DNA of 64,000 bases from Sphaerodactylus townsendi (lineage: Eukaryota), in the NCBI RefSeq assembly GCF_021028975.2, contig NC_059429.1:42098001-42162000 (forward strand), read 5' to 3'. Positions within the stretch are counted from its first letter, which is position 1; every line of letters starts with the position of its first letter. The notes beneath the pieces were generated by a model that was not told the DNA's origin, made no database searches, and saw only the letters and a program-made list of their open reading frames with translations. Made by a program: the position numbers and the translations under genes. Positions 36,641-50,626 of this stretch are shown one piece after another.

Positions 36641-38032
36641 CTGACAAAAGCTACATGCAGCAGGCAGGAAAAAAGATCCATTTTGGCTGGCAACTTCTGT
36701 TCTACCCTGCTGTGGAAACACAAAATGCCAAAACGTCCTAAAGACATTTTATTTCACCAGTGCATCTTATCCTTAAGGTGACACTTGTTCATTTGGGATG
36801 AAATTGGCAAAGCTGATACAATCAACCGGGCTTGTGTCTGTGCCCTGATGTTACATTGCTTATGCAATAATGATTTTTTAAAATTCCTTTCAAAAATGAA
36901 TGATGAGGGGGAGAATAAAATGGCTGAAGGAGAGGTTGGGCAACTACACAGATGCATGGATAAGGCCCGGCCAGGTGTTCACTGGGTGAAGAAATAAAGA
37001 CAACATAATCTCATGCTCGAGGGAAGTTGGCTTGGAAACAGATTGAAAAAAATTGAAGTAAATGTGCTCAGGAAAACAACACAGGAAAAAAATTAAGGGA
37101 AAATATTTCCAGAATCAAATGGAGGAAAAATCCCATGAAGAATTAAAAGAAAAAAATGTAGCATTTGATGGCAACATGCATTGTAAACAGCTCATGCAGA
37201 AAAGACCACCCTCTGGTATACTGTAGTAGCTCATCTGTCTTACACTTGAAATATATTATATATACAGGTAAATCTACTTGGGACAGTCATACCCTCTCAA
37301 CATGATCTCCTCCAAAACTCATATAATTCTGTGTTATTGTACCACCCTAACCTGCATCATGTTTGGTCAGATCCAAAATATTTCTCTCTCTTTCTAGCAA
37401 AGTGATTTGAGGCAATTGCCAGTAGTACCAGCTAGTCTGCATAAACCTCTAAATGTCTATCAGAGTTCTCCAGTCAAATCACCATGCAAAAGTAACCTGA
37501 GAAACGCTGAACAGGAGAGACTTGCCTGAGCTTTGTGAGTAAAACTGGAGGGCCGGTTTTCTTCTTCTGCAGCAAAGCAATATACAAGCATTCTAAATAT
37601 AAATGAAGAAATCTCAGACTAAAACAATCAATGCTGATTGATCTTGCTTTCCCTTTCTGCAAACAAAGCGATTAAAAAAACCCACTACAATTTCAATTTT
37701 TTTGGTATCACACTTCAGAAAACAGGACACCAACTGATGATTTGTAGATGGGGCTTAGCTCTCAAAACAATTTTATCTGTCATCCCATGGCCCTAACAGA
37801 TGTTATCCAAGGTGTGAAAAACCTTCTGTTCATGGTTTCAATTGTAAGGAAAAGCAGCAATCAGTTACCTCACAAACTTCATGTGTGTATTACATTAGTG
37901 ATCTCTCACTGCTATCCTGAAATTAAAAAAAAACCACTTTCAGTTTGCCTCCGGACAAGGCAGTACATTTGTTCCTTAACTCTCCTAAAGAAAAAGATTT
38001 CAGTGACTTCATGAAATTCATGCACACATGTG

Positions 38033-38190
38033 AGGGGCTGTTGCTCAATGGCACAGCATATGTCTGAAATGCAGAAGATCCCAGATTCGGTCATTAGCAT
38101 TTCATGATGAAGGATATCTTTCTCTGTGATTCAGAGAAAGTACTGAACAAAATGAACCAGTCATCTGATTTAATGTAAGGCAGTTTCACT
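38033..38190 (+). mobile_element. old tRNA-derived SINE with a CR1-like tail
   Basis: GGGGCTGTTGCTCAATGG (A box) ... ATGCAGAAGATCCCAGATTC (B box) ... TAAGGCAGTTTC. Related minus-strand pieces at ~11590-11648 and ~20371-20510. Confidence 0.6.
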
Positions 38191-39108
38191 GTTTTGTTAA
38201 AGCTTAAGTCAACTTCATCATAGAATATAATCATTCATGAAGAATTCACATCTGTAAATCAGTGTGTAGAAATATTAGCCTCCAAAGAGTGTGATTGCCT
38301 ATTATTGATTGTTCCAAGATTGCCTGTTGTAATCTCAGCCAACACTGACCAAGTCAGGTTAATGAAGAGAATCAAGTTTAGTAGCACATGCAGACAGAAC
38401 AAGGGTTGATCCTAATATTTACATATATAACAGATGCCCATATTTGATTTAAGGGAAACAATTAAAATCTACTAAGTTCATCACCAGACTTGTATGTATG
38501 AGTTTGTATCAAACGCCCACAAAGCCTAGTTTGCTGACTAAGAGACTTGGCAATGCACATGATGTATTGTTATTTTTACTTTAGAAACAGCACAAATTTT
38601 ATACAGCATTTTGCTTTCAGATTACCAGATCAATAACTTGAAAGAGGGTGTTTAGGACCTCTGCTGCGTAGCTTCTCTATTTATCGTCAGACTATCCCTT
38701 ATCATGTTAATGTCAGGTCCCAATGAAGATGGCCATTTTAGAATGACTAAAAATTAGAATGCGAGTCCTCAAAAATGGACATATTTGAATATGCTAATTT
38801 ACATTCATAGGCACATGTTTACAAGTAATTACAATAATTTAAATTTAAGAACTCGCTACAGTGCCAGCTCATTTGGCTATCCAGGGGCTGTTTGTGGACT
38901 TTATAAGGCCTTCATATGGCTCATAATATTTTATTCACCTTAAAAAGCTTCCATAGCTTTAGCATTCCAACTTCTTGTAGGTGTGGGTGCCCTGTGGCTA
39001 GTCAAGAATGTAGTCCATTTCAGTTGATGTTACTGGACAGAAGTGGATCCTGAACATTTAAGAGGACAAGCTTTAAAAAAGAGAGGATATCTGCCCACCC
39101 TGGTACCC

Positions 39109-39140
39109 ATGCAAATAAACTATGCAATCTCTATTTGCAT
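39109..39140. promoter_or_regulatory. inverted pair of perfect POU octamer motifs
   Basis: ATGCAAAT at 39109-39116 and ATTTGCAT at 39133-39140, inside a TE-free AT-rich block. Confidence 0.45.
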
Positions 39141-41131
39141 AATCTTCATTATTCATTATTCCACTGATAAGTGATTATAAGCATCATAGAAGTATATAAA
39201 AAACAGCAGGGGCAGGAGGTTAGTCAAGTAAATTAAACAATTTCTCCTCTCATGCTAACAAACAAATATTTAGTCCAAATGACTAAAAGAGGAGAAAGTG
39301 TGGCTTCTTAAGCTTCACAGTGATACAGGGAAGCAGATTTATAAAGTCCAGTGTGCCTTTTAGAAGGATATTATGCATTAAGGTAGGAGCTAGAACAATA
39401 AATTCCTCTTCCCCTCACCAGGTATATCACAAGAAAATACCCGCCCCAAGAAAAAGAGAAATAGAAATATGTTTTTTTCTCTTTATGGCCCCCATTTTCT
39501 AGCACTGCTGTGGACAAAACAGTGGGTGATTTCCAACACCTGAATAAAACAGCAGGTGCTAAACTGTATGATTTTAGATTTAAAGAAAGCTTGTTCTCCA
39601 GAGCAGCTAGGAAGATCACTGCTGTTTCAGATAATTCTATGATCATTTCCCTTTTAATGTATAATTAGACTGCATTACCGTTTTAGATTCCAAAATATGA
39701 TGTATTAGTGTACAGTGTGCTTATCTGCTGCCATTTAATTTTTTAAAACCCTCTTTTGTCTATTGTAATGTCAGTTCTACATTTTTGAAATATGAATTTG
39801 CCAGCAATAAGTCTTCTTGGTAATTTTTTTTTAAAGTGCACAAAGACATTTTTACTCTGGTAATGTACAATGAGTCACAGAAATTCTAAATTTTCTATGT
39901 AAAATGGTCATGGTATGTTCCCACATCTGTGGATTTTGTGAGTAGACAGTTCACTTAAAATGCTGTTCAGTTCTCGATGTTATTTTACTTCCCATCAGAA
40001 AAGTCTATTCCCCCAAATGAACATTTTTTATAGATTTTACTGACTTCTATAAGGCTCCTTCAGCCTCTAGCGTAAAAGAATTCTGTGATCCTTTTTTTTC
40101 CAGTCTGAGGACAGCTAAAATTACCAACCAGGATCATGAATCAGCATCTTTTTTTAATATTGGAGGAAATTTAGCTACAAGATATCAATAGTTACGTTAG
40201 ATCAACTCCTCCAGAGCATACATTACATGAATATATATTTAAACATACAGAAGAAGAGAGAGAGATAAAATACTACAGAGAAAAGGAGAAAAAAAATACT
40301 GACAATTCGTTTTGGAACCAAGATAGGAGACCACAACAGAAATGTTTTGTACAATGAGCAGAAAACATATTTGAAATAACATCTTTCCTGTTGAAAGACC
40401 AATATGGGCCTCCCTCCCTCACCCCACTTAATAATAGCACAAAATACCAGACTGCTTTTGATCACATGGGGAGATATTATATGATAGCAATTGGAAAGGC
40501 CCCAGAAGTAGATCTCTCATCCTGTAGAGCATTGTTTTAATTTCTACCACACACTTTCTAGCAGCCTGCCTAGCCATGTAATTAATTTTCTAATTGGTTA
40601 AAAAAATGAAGAAAGGTTAATTTGGCAATTGGACTAAACCCGCTTAGTGGCATTGTTCCCTTTTTAAAAGTGACTTTCCTATTGCAAAGTCATCTGATAG
40701 TCTTGTTTTCCCGCACCCCTAATTCTCTCAAGGAAAAAGAATGCTGTAGTTCAATTAGTGACAAAATTTATTATTAACTCATAGGTTAAGTTTTCATTTT
40801 GTGCTTATTACAAAATGGGAACATAATAATCAGTGGCCTTATGAACTGAGTCTATTTAACCCTCTATCTTGCTGCAGATTCTGGTTTTAACTGTCCATCC
40901 ATCCATCTATCTATATAGTCTTCATAGCCCATCTAGGCTCCTTTAATCGGTTTTCTAACGAGTCAATTTCTTACCCTCAAAGTGATTTTCTTTCTTCCTT
41001 CTCAGATATCAGAACCTTTCTCCTTTTCCTGCCTTCATATCCCAATGTATACCAGCTTGTCATCTTTCCTCTTCCAAAACAACCCTCTTTAGACAGCCCA
41101 CAATTTCCTGCTCTCTCAATCTACTCTGCTA

Positions 41132-41363
41132 CCCTGTTTCCCCGAATATAAGACATCCCCTGAAAATAAGATGTATTAGAGGTTTTGCTGAAGTGCGAAA
41201 TATAAGGCATCCCCCGAAAGTAAGACATAGCAAAGTTTTTGTTTGGAAGCATGCCCAACGAACAGAACACAGAAAAATAAGACATCCCCTGAAAATGAGA
41301 CATAGCGCATCTTTGGGAACAAAAATTAATATAAGACACTGTCTTATTTTCGGGGAAACATGC
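41132..41363. mobile_element. Tc1/mariner (Tc2-like) MITE, second copy
   Basis: TA-CCCTGTTTCCCCGAA...TTCGGGGAAACATGC-TA; near-identical to 1183-1417. Confidence 0.88.
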
Positions 41364-41649
41364 TATTTCTCCTTGGGTATCTAGAATTCCCGCAATACCC
41401 ATGTGAGCCTTCCTTGCTCTTCCTTTCCCTTAAACCCCCTCCTCAAAACTATTTTAACTCTTAGGCTCTCATTACATGTTATATTGTGGACCTCCCTGAG
41501 AAGTAACTTAGAAGCTAAAAGGCAGCTGTCAAAGGAATGAGGGAAGAGAGGTGACAAAGAACACTAAAACAAGGGTTTTTTTAATGCTTCTCTGTCCTAT
41601 ACTGTTTCCATTACATTTGACATGTCAAATACAGGTTTGGGATGCCTAT

Positions 41650-41790
41650 ACTCAAGTCCACACTCTGGTGAAGCTTGCTGGATGATTTTGCCCTAGTCAC
41701 CCTCTCTCAACCTAACTTACCTCCCTGGGTTGCTGCAAAAGTAAAACAAGTAAAGGGAGAGCTATGTGTGTTAATCTCAGGGTGAGTTAA
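41650..41790 (+). mobile_element. old MIR/Squam-like SINE relic (similar relics at ~46465-46580 and ~47085-47260)
   Basis: GCTGGATGATTTTGCCCTAGTCACCCTCTCTCAACCTAACTTACCTCCCTGGGTTG core. Confidence 0.55.
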
Positions 41791-44700
41791 AATGTATTAG
41801 ATCCCAAGATAAAAGTCCAAGCATGGAGGAAAAGATCAATGCCATAGGAGTAGCTTGCTTATGGGGCTTAAAGCAGCCTAGGAGACCATTTTCAATTGGA
41901 GTGACAGTGTACATTGGGAAAGTTTGACTCTTTTCCTGAGGGCAGCAACCCTGAATCTACTTGAGCCCCCCAGCAGTATTTTGCAATTAAAGCTGTTTCT
42001 ACATACAGGAGACTTTTCCCAGGTGGAATACCATATTTCCCCACTTTATTTTAGAGCTTGCACATGACACTGTGTTCTTTCCAGCCATAACTTGTGGGAC
42101 TCCTAGGATTTCCCATTTTAAACTGGAGCAAAGAAAAGCCTCCTTTGCTTTGACTTAAAATAGAAATGCAGGCAGAGCTTCTATAAGAAAACTCATCGGT
42201 GGGTTGGAGTGGAAGCTGACAACCACATTCAAAATGGTGGTGCCAAGCTCTGGAATCCCCCCTCCCATTTTAGCACCTTTTTATGGCTTGTTTTCTTTAA
42301 CTATTGTGCTCATCTTGCAGCTGTTGCAGCTGTTGTATGAAAGGATTCAACACGGTTTGACAGAATGGTAGGGTACAAGTGATTGGGATGGATCCAAACT
42401 AAATTGGCAATGTTCATTGAACTTGAATTTCAAATTTGAATTCCAAATTTCCTGCTCTAGAACTTCCTCACCCCTGTCACTCCTCAGCGGGCTCCATCCC
42501 CCAGAAGCAGCATTTTGTGAAGAGCAGGAGGGAGGGAGCCAAAATATTTTCATCCCACTAAAGGAAAATTTAGTCTGGATCCATTCCATGGTATCCTGTG
42601 AGATGCCTGGCTCTTCTATTAAAATCCAAATCCATCTATTAAATCCATCCAATAATCATCTCTGACAATGTAATCCTAAAAAGAGGTATTCTCTTCTAAG
42701 TCCATTGAAGCTGACATACTTTGTTAGAAGGCTGTAGCTCTGCTCAGGGCTGTACCATCAAACTCCTAAATCCTAGGTCTCTGAGGGGTGCCATTGTATG
42801 GCAGACCTTTCCAGGCAACTATTTATTGCTTTCACACTTGTAGCTATACATACACTTGACATTATCTACATACCTCAGGTTTCAGAATAAGGGCATCACT
42901 TGCAGTATTACAGTCATATATATAAAATTGTAGACCGTTGCTTCCTGATCACAACAGAATTACCTGGCAATCTTACGGAAACTTACTTTACACAACTGAT
43001 TTGGTATCATTGGACAAAAATCAGTGTGTAATCATAAACCCACCTGTGTGGAAGTGAGTTGATGATGTATGGGAAACTCCTGGGGATATTAGACAGAAGT
43101 GACAGTATCTCCTCTTGTCAAGGCTGATCTTTTAAGTACAACTGTCAAGATGAGAAGGGGTGCTTCTAATATCCTTTTAAAGGGAAGATTGAAATTTATT
43201 TGTCCAAACAACATTAACTGGGTAGTTGATAGAAACACAATGACTCTCTGTCCTTCTATATAATGAAAACAAAATTTGGGCAGAATCTCAGACTGGGACT
43301 TGATGTGGTATATGTGCTCCCCTTTAGAGAGACCCAGTTCAGCCTCACTTTTATTTAAAGAAATGTCCGTATAACATGGACATACATTACAGAAGGCCCC
43401 TGTAGCTTTTCCATCTCTTACAATATGAAGTCAAGTCTATCCTCAACGGCCATCTCTAGCATATTCTACTGCAATTTCCCTTTCAGTAGACTGTATCACT
43501 GTATCAACAGATTTTGGATCCACTGGAGTGTTTCTGCAAACAAAGATTTATGTTCATTGAGCACAACATTCTCAGTTCCACATTCCTGCTACAGCCCCAA
43601 ATGCATCTCAAAGTGCTGCTCGGGGGGCGGGGGCGGGGGCAGGGGGAGAGAACAGAATTTCATCTAGCATTTTACACTGCAGTGAGAGAAGGAGAGAAAG
43701 TTGCATTTTGCGGGCAGAAATCTTTTTGTCCATAGAAACAATCCAGTAGATACAAGTCCACAGTTGCCAGATATATAGTCTCAGAAGCATTGTACAATTA
43801 CAAGTCAAGGTGTGCACTTAACAGGGAAATGGTGCTTTGTGGGGGGGGGGGGGCTCTCTGCGGCATGTACCTTATACAAAATACATTTTCAAACACCCAT
43901 TTGCTGTTTTGATTTCAATCTTCAAGAGAATCCCCCCCCCAGTAACATCTTAAGAGGCTCTCATTTCCTTTTGTAATCTGGTGCAACATCACTGCATCTG
44001 GATAGGCAAATCTCTAAGTACATGGAAAGGTTAATTAAACCAAGGGAACATGCAAAGAATTCAAATCACTAAGAACAATATACGAACAATATGTGGAGAA
44101 TGGCATTTCTACTGTGCTTCAGTTTAAAATATAACCTTGCAGATAGTCATAACTCTCTTCCTTTCTAATTGGAGGCTCTTTGAATGTTAATGGTTCTAGG
44201 GCTCAAGATTCCTTGATATGGTCTTTATCTGCATTCGAGGCAAGCAGTTATGAGTAGCGGCTATATAATGAATGGTTCACTACCCCGGGCATGTTCGTAC
44301 CTTTGTTTTTGTGTTGATATACTTCTGCATTGAAATATTTGAAATCTTGCTGAATTTACAGCTGTGGACAAATTGAGATGATGGTCGAGATCATACAGTA
44401 AAATTACTGAAATGAACGCAGCCAAGCCACATTGACCATTTGCACACAGATGATTTGCTCTGGGTTCAGCGTTGTTCCGATTTTTTTCTCTCCCTTCTTC
44501 CCAAAGGTGTTGTGGTACTTCCCTACACCAACTGGGTTTTCCTTAACTTTTCTACAGTATTTCCCAAACTTTCTTTGCTATGATATTTTAGCACAGATTG
44601 CAGGAAAATGTGGGGAAAGATGACATCTGAAAATTCCACTGGCTGCTATGCTGTGCTAGGCAGCTGCCTCGGCACCAAGGCTTCCGTAGGAAAGAAGGAG

Positions 44701-47700
44701 TCATGTGAGAGAGGCCATTATATTTTGCTTGTTTTAGAATGCACAACCAAAATCTTTGAATACGTGCTTTGAGCAGGCCTCACTCAAATCATCCCCCCTA
44801 ACTGCCAAGGTTGCAATCCAACAACCAGGTGCAGAAGTGCATTTTAAAAATGCAAGTGTGCAATTGTTAATTTTACCAGCATATCAACTTAAATAGAATC
44901 TAAAGTCAGGTTTCTTTCTCTTTTTTTGGTAGCACTGTCAATGTTCTCACATGTAAAATGTTGCCACTGCTCAGCTTTAAAATAGAGGTCTTTGCCAGTC
45001 TCAGGAATGTAGAAGGTTTATTTTGGGAATAGCTTCAGTACAAAATCTAGACATGAACATTTGGCGCAAACTAAAATCCCCTTTGAAATCAATGGGAAAG
45101 TTTATTGGGTGTACAGTGGAAACAAGATTAGCCCACAAGAAAACACTGTGTCTGTTCCAAGCTGTGTTGGTGAGCTGCATATACAAACACACTTATGACA
45201 AATTTGCATAGAGCTTGTTACTATTGAATATCGATTATTGTCTATTCTTGCAGACCTTGCTGAAGTCAGTAAGAATGTTACCAAAATCAGGATGGCAGAA
45301 ATAACTCGCCAGTCCAAAAAAACTGACAGTAACAGTGCCCCTCCATTTTGAAAGGTACACTTCTGAACATGACATTTGAGTTGCTGTGTGTTATATAGAA
45401 GTATCTACTTTGATTGCAGGGCTTGGCGGGGAGTGGGGGAGATAAACCAAGAGCCCAGGTAAATCAGAATCTGGAGTTGGAATAGTTTCATCTTATTGAA
45501 CTGGATTAAGTATCCCTTAAAAGCAAACACTTTAGGTTCACCTAGATAAAGACCAGACTATAAACCACACTCAAGAGCAGAGCAAGAGCTTTACAACAGA
45601 TCCTGCAAACAGCAGGCTTAGATACGGGCAGATCTATCCACAAACATTTCCTTGAACTGTACTGAAAATATAGCTTTGCTTTCCTCCTTTCAGCAACTTT
45701 CTCTCCCTGAATACTGCCATCACATCCAGCCACACAATCTCGACAAGAAAGCAAAGATGTAAAACATCCCAAAGTGTAATAGGAGAACAAATGTCTCACC
45801 TCCCTTGCAGTGAGAATTGTGTAGTGTGTGTGGGTTCACACTGTATTATGAAAGGAGGACTTGGCAATGGAAATTACATTCAAACAACTGTAACCTTTTG
45901 TGTTTTTCTCTCCCCAGGAGTGAACTTACACTTTTTTTAAAAAAAATGATATAATAATTTTGCCCTGATTCGTTAGCGATAAACAGCTTAAAATATTAGT
46001 ATATAATTATAATGGAAAATAAAGCAAGGGGCTTGGGTCATCATTATTTTTTAAATGATTGTCTAATTTTTGCTTTCTGTCTCCCTGCTTTGTGTAAAAT
46101 CTCAGTTTTTCCAAGAATGGAATATGTGGTACTTTTTGGACTATGCAATGTAATGCAGCTGGTATGATTCAATTGTATTTTTCTGCAAGACAAATAGACA
46201 CTTTCACTCTCTGGAAACACTACATGCAGGGGGAGCCAATGCTTGCTTTTATCTCCAACCTGAACAGTGGCAAACTCAACCTTTCATCCATTAATTGAGC
46301 CTTTCAAGGGATGAGTCACAGTCTGCTTACAATGGTGTAATGCCACTGACGTCTATGCAGCAATTTCAGCTTAACGGATCTAAGGATTTTTCCATCCTTT
46401 ATTATTCATAGTAAGATTTTTGTGTGTGCGGGGTTTGTCAGCAGAAGACCAATGTGCCTCAGAAGACCCATTGAACTGGGAAGATCTGGCTCCAGCCATG
46501 AAGTTCAGTTGGGTCAGTCGCAGTCATCTTCCTGCCTCATCTAATCCACAGGATTGTCGCAAGAACAAAATTGGATATAAATGATTGAATTTTTCAGCAG
46601 GAAAGGTGCTGGGAAATCCCATTGATTTCAAAGGGGGTTATAAGCGAATAAATGTATAAATAAATTGTTGTGTTTTTGGGGAGGGGGGGAGAGAAAGAGA
46701 GAAATTGTATTGAGGTTCAAGGAACACCAAAATATTATGCATGAGAGAAGGAAGGAATTGTCCTCTGCTCAGAGTACCTAGCATCCCCTAAAATGGGAAC
46801 TACAGTGGATTGTTGCTATTATCAATTTTATCATAGAGTGCATTGCTAAGCAGAGTTGCACACTTCTAAGTCCAGTGAACTCAATGAGTTCAGAAGGTTA
46901 TAACAGTGCTGAGCACTGGCCTGTCGTTTGCTATTTCTAGTGGCACAGTGTTGCTTGGGTGATGCACGTTGCAGATAGGCAGATGTGAACATATGTGTGG
47001 TGCTTCTTTAACTATGGAGAAACCCTCCTTCTGTCTGTGTTCTGCAGCAAGTGTAGAAGTTTTTTCACGATGCACTTCCTTTGTAAAGCCCCTTCTCCAA
47101 AACAAAATACCTGCTTCTGGGGTTCACATAAGAGCAGGGGAGCGCAGTGTCTTATTCAGCTTAGGACAACTGACCAAAGGACCTTAAGCAAAGTGTTATT
47201 TCTCTCTCACACTAATCTACCTGGCAGGGTGGTAGTAAAGAAAAGTAAGATAACTGTACTCACACACACAAACAAACAAATGAAAAGCTTTACAGAAATA
47301 ATCACTGTAAAGGACTTTCAGTCTCCTTGCAGCATCAGAATTCTGGCTGCCTTTCTAATTCCTGAACAGGGCATCTGTATGGCAGAGGCCAGGAACCACT
47401 AAGCTATTTGCAAGAATATATGTTATACAAGGCTACTGGGAATGGAACTCTAGCTGCCTATGTGCCATCTAGCATTTCTCCCCATTATACATTTCAGTGC
47501 AGGCCATATACATCTGCTATTATTAGCCCCACAATGCAGCAATCTCCAAAACATTATAAGGGGGGGGGGGTGAGGGAGAGAAGTCCACGGTCATCAAAAT
47601 GTTAATTTAGACAATGACAAAGAGTACAGACATTAAAAATGCATCAGCCTCTATCATTAAGGCATTATTCAGCCAAAGGAAAAAAAATTCCACTAGCAAA

Positions 47701-48697
47701 TCATATTAAACCACAGAAAGAAATACAAGTTGAAGGAGATGTTTAGCTAAGCTTACATGTTAATGGTCCAAGCAATGTGTAACCCCCACAAGAGATAGAG
47801 CTGCATCATAAAGCAAACAAGCCTTTCCCTTGGAAGTCCAGGACAGCGCTCTTCATGCAAGGGAGGAGATCATCTGAACAGCTGAGCAGAGAGATGGTTT
47901 TAACACAAGTCCAGCTATTCCAGAGACTTCTAGACTATCTCACAACTTTGTGAACACCTGGAATGCTACTGTCAATTGCACAGCTCAGGCACTGATTTGG
48001 ATTAGGTTTGCTTTTTAAAACATAATTTTTTTAAAGGAATGTGTGTGTTGGGATCATAGCAATATTAAAACAATCAGAAGGGAAAATTCCCGGAACCCTC
48101 ACCCAGCCAAAATACATTGCATTCGGAAAGGAGCTGCTTATCTTGGAAAAAGTGTGCACACAATTTTACTTTCCCCCTATTCTGTTTCTGATGGGGGAGA
48201 GGGGGAGGAAAATCATTAAAGGGAATTGTTAGACTGTTAAAATGGCTTTCAGCAAATAAGGGAGCAAGATCTGCTTACATCACTCTGAAGAACAACTGAT
48301 AACACTAGTTTTCTACTGGAGATAAGCAGATCCCTTTGGAATTATTAAGTGCAATTCGGGATCTTTCTCACCACCAATGTATGCAAAAGTGGGGGGGAAA
48401 GGACTGAATGATTTAACAAAGTCTGTATGATACAGCCACACAGTGAAAACTTGAAGGGATACAGAGGACTAAAACAGGCAGCAATGGACTCGCTTACATC
48501 AGCAGCCACTTTTCTCTTCCTGAACAGGTTTTTAAATGGTTTCCAAAGTGTAACATCTCCTCAACATCCATGTAACACCAGAGATCCCAAAAGGCACTGT
48601 CTATGCAGTTCCACAGGGATGTGTCAAATGGTTTAAATGGGACAAGACTGGAGCAAAGCTGCATAGGGCTACCCAGTTAATCAAGACTGAAGAAATT

Positions 48698-48987
48698 ATA
48701 AGAACATAAGAATGAGCCTGCTGGATCAGACCAGAGTCCATCTAGTCCAGCACTCTGCTACTCGCAATGGCCCACCAAGTGCCTTTGGGAGCTCACATGC
48801 ACGATGTGAAAGCAATGGCCTTCTGCTGCTGCTGCTGCTCCCAAGCACCTGGTCTGCTAAGGCATTTGCAGTCTCAGATCAAGGAGGATCAAGATTGGTA
48901 GCCATGGATCAACTTCTCCTCCATAAATCTGTCCAAACCCTTTTAAAGCTATCCAGGTTAGTGGCCATCACCACTTCCTGTGGCAGC
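48698..48987 (-). mobile_element. CR1 LINE 3' fragment
   Basis: ATAAGAACATAAGAA..GCCTGCTGGATCAGACCA..GTCCATCTAGTCCAGCA...GGCCATCACCACTTCCTGTGGCAG. Confidence 0.85.
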
Positions 48988-50599
48988 AGGATTGTGTGCT
49001 ACTAATGCAAAAAGGGCAAGGCCAGAGATGAAGAGTCATCTCCAGTAGGTCTGGAATCAAACGATCCTTCTTTGCAGTTGCTCATCAGACTGTCAAGGTT
49101 GTGCCCCCCCCCCCACTTTTACTGTAGAGTGCCAGTTGGGAAAAGTGAATTAGACAGGACATGAATGTTGGAACAGAAACAGGTCTGACTTTTTAGGCCA
49201 AGGTAGCTAAGCAATTAAGGCAACAAACCCAAATCTTATACCACGCTACATATATTTTATATATAATATCTATGCTATGACATTACTGGTTGACATCAGA
49301 TAAACGTGACTATGGCAAAGCCCAAGAAACTACACACTTTCACTCCTCCCCTTTCTTTCTGATCACTTTTACATCCTTTGTCTTCCACAATGCTAATATT
49401 TAGACTGGAAGCTCCTTGCCAGGACAGATCTTCCATTATATAATTCAAACTGTGCCTACTGAAGGCACTGTAAGGAGAACAACAGTCAAAAGTCCATCTA
49501 GGCCTGCACTTCATTTTCCACCAGTGCCACTGGGGAATCAGAAACAGAACATGGGGTGATATCTTTTTTCCTATTGTTGAGCCCCATTATGGGATGATCA
49601 GATATACACTGCCCCTAAATACAGATTTCTGTTTTTAGGAACATTTCACCAATGTAATTTTTACCGTAATGTTTCCTCAAACTATGGGCCCAGAATGAAA
49701 TAACTATGAGGCTCTCCACCTCAAGTGGAAGTCTATGTAAACGTATTCTTTTTCTCTCCCTGTGCAAAGATGATGAAGGGAAATAACATCATTGTGAAGT
49801 GGGTCCTCGCCCTTATGACTAATTTCCACGGTCATGCATTTCTCCAGTCCTTTCCAAAATAGTTATTTACCCGCATCACCATTACTTTAGGCAGGATAAC
49901 TTCAGATATAAAACAGCACACCACCACCCCAAAAAATAGAAAAGCACACTCTGCAGTTCCTTGTCTTTTTTTTTAAAAAAATCCACATTTTCTGAGGATG
50001 CTCACCCACTATGTATTCCACGTATCTGCCCATCTAAACACTGCAGAGCTCCAGCACATCTGAATTTGAAAACCATACTAATACAGCCCTCTGACCATAC
50101 AGCTATCTATCATTGTCTTTTCTCCGCCTTCCCACACACACCCAAGAAAAGGCTAACTCTGGGCTTCTAGAATGACAAAGAAAAGAAATGAATTGCTGTC
50201 CCAAGATTATTTATTTACTGTCTCCAAAAGCACAGATATATTTTATAAAGCGGGGATGGGGAAGCTTTCCAGACATAGGTCACTGAAACTTAATAGTTTG
50301 AGAAGCTGACTCCTGTTTTTCCCCGACTTTGATTTCTTTTAGCTATCTTTTAGTTGCATCTTTGAGCATGTTGTTAGTCACTGGATGAGTTTGAGGATGG
50401 AAACGTGGGATATGATCAATCAGCAAATTAAAATAAATGGGAAGGACGAACTTGAGGACTGGCGGGTTTGCCCATAATTCTGGCCACAGCCATGTCTGGG
50501 CAAAATGTCCGCAGTTAGGAAGTCCTAACCACAGCTCTGGTGCAGACCACACAGCAAGCAAGGCGCGGCAGACGGCCCCTCCTGCCCTCTCACTCCGCC

Positions 50600-50626
50600 T
50601 TCAACACTGGAATGTTGGACAGCGCC
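50600..50626 (+). promoter_or_regulatory. second bipartite RE1-like site
   Basis: TTCAACACT (2 mismatches to TTCAGCACC), an 8-nt spacer, then a perfect GGACAGCGCC. Confidence 0.45.

Noticed and set aside
38033-38105. tRNA gene
   Set aside because: Degenerate A/B boxes with no cloverleaf, continuing into a SINE body and tail.
47841-47851. RE1 right half-site GGACAGCGCTC
   Set aside because: No left half-site nearby, and it is outside the CpG island.
1-50000. DPYD or other protein-coding exons (DPYD neighbours MIR137 in mammals)
   Set aside because: No translated segment resembles dihydropyrimidine dehydrogenase or any other known protein; the gene probably lies outside the window.
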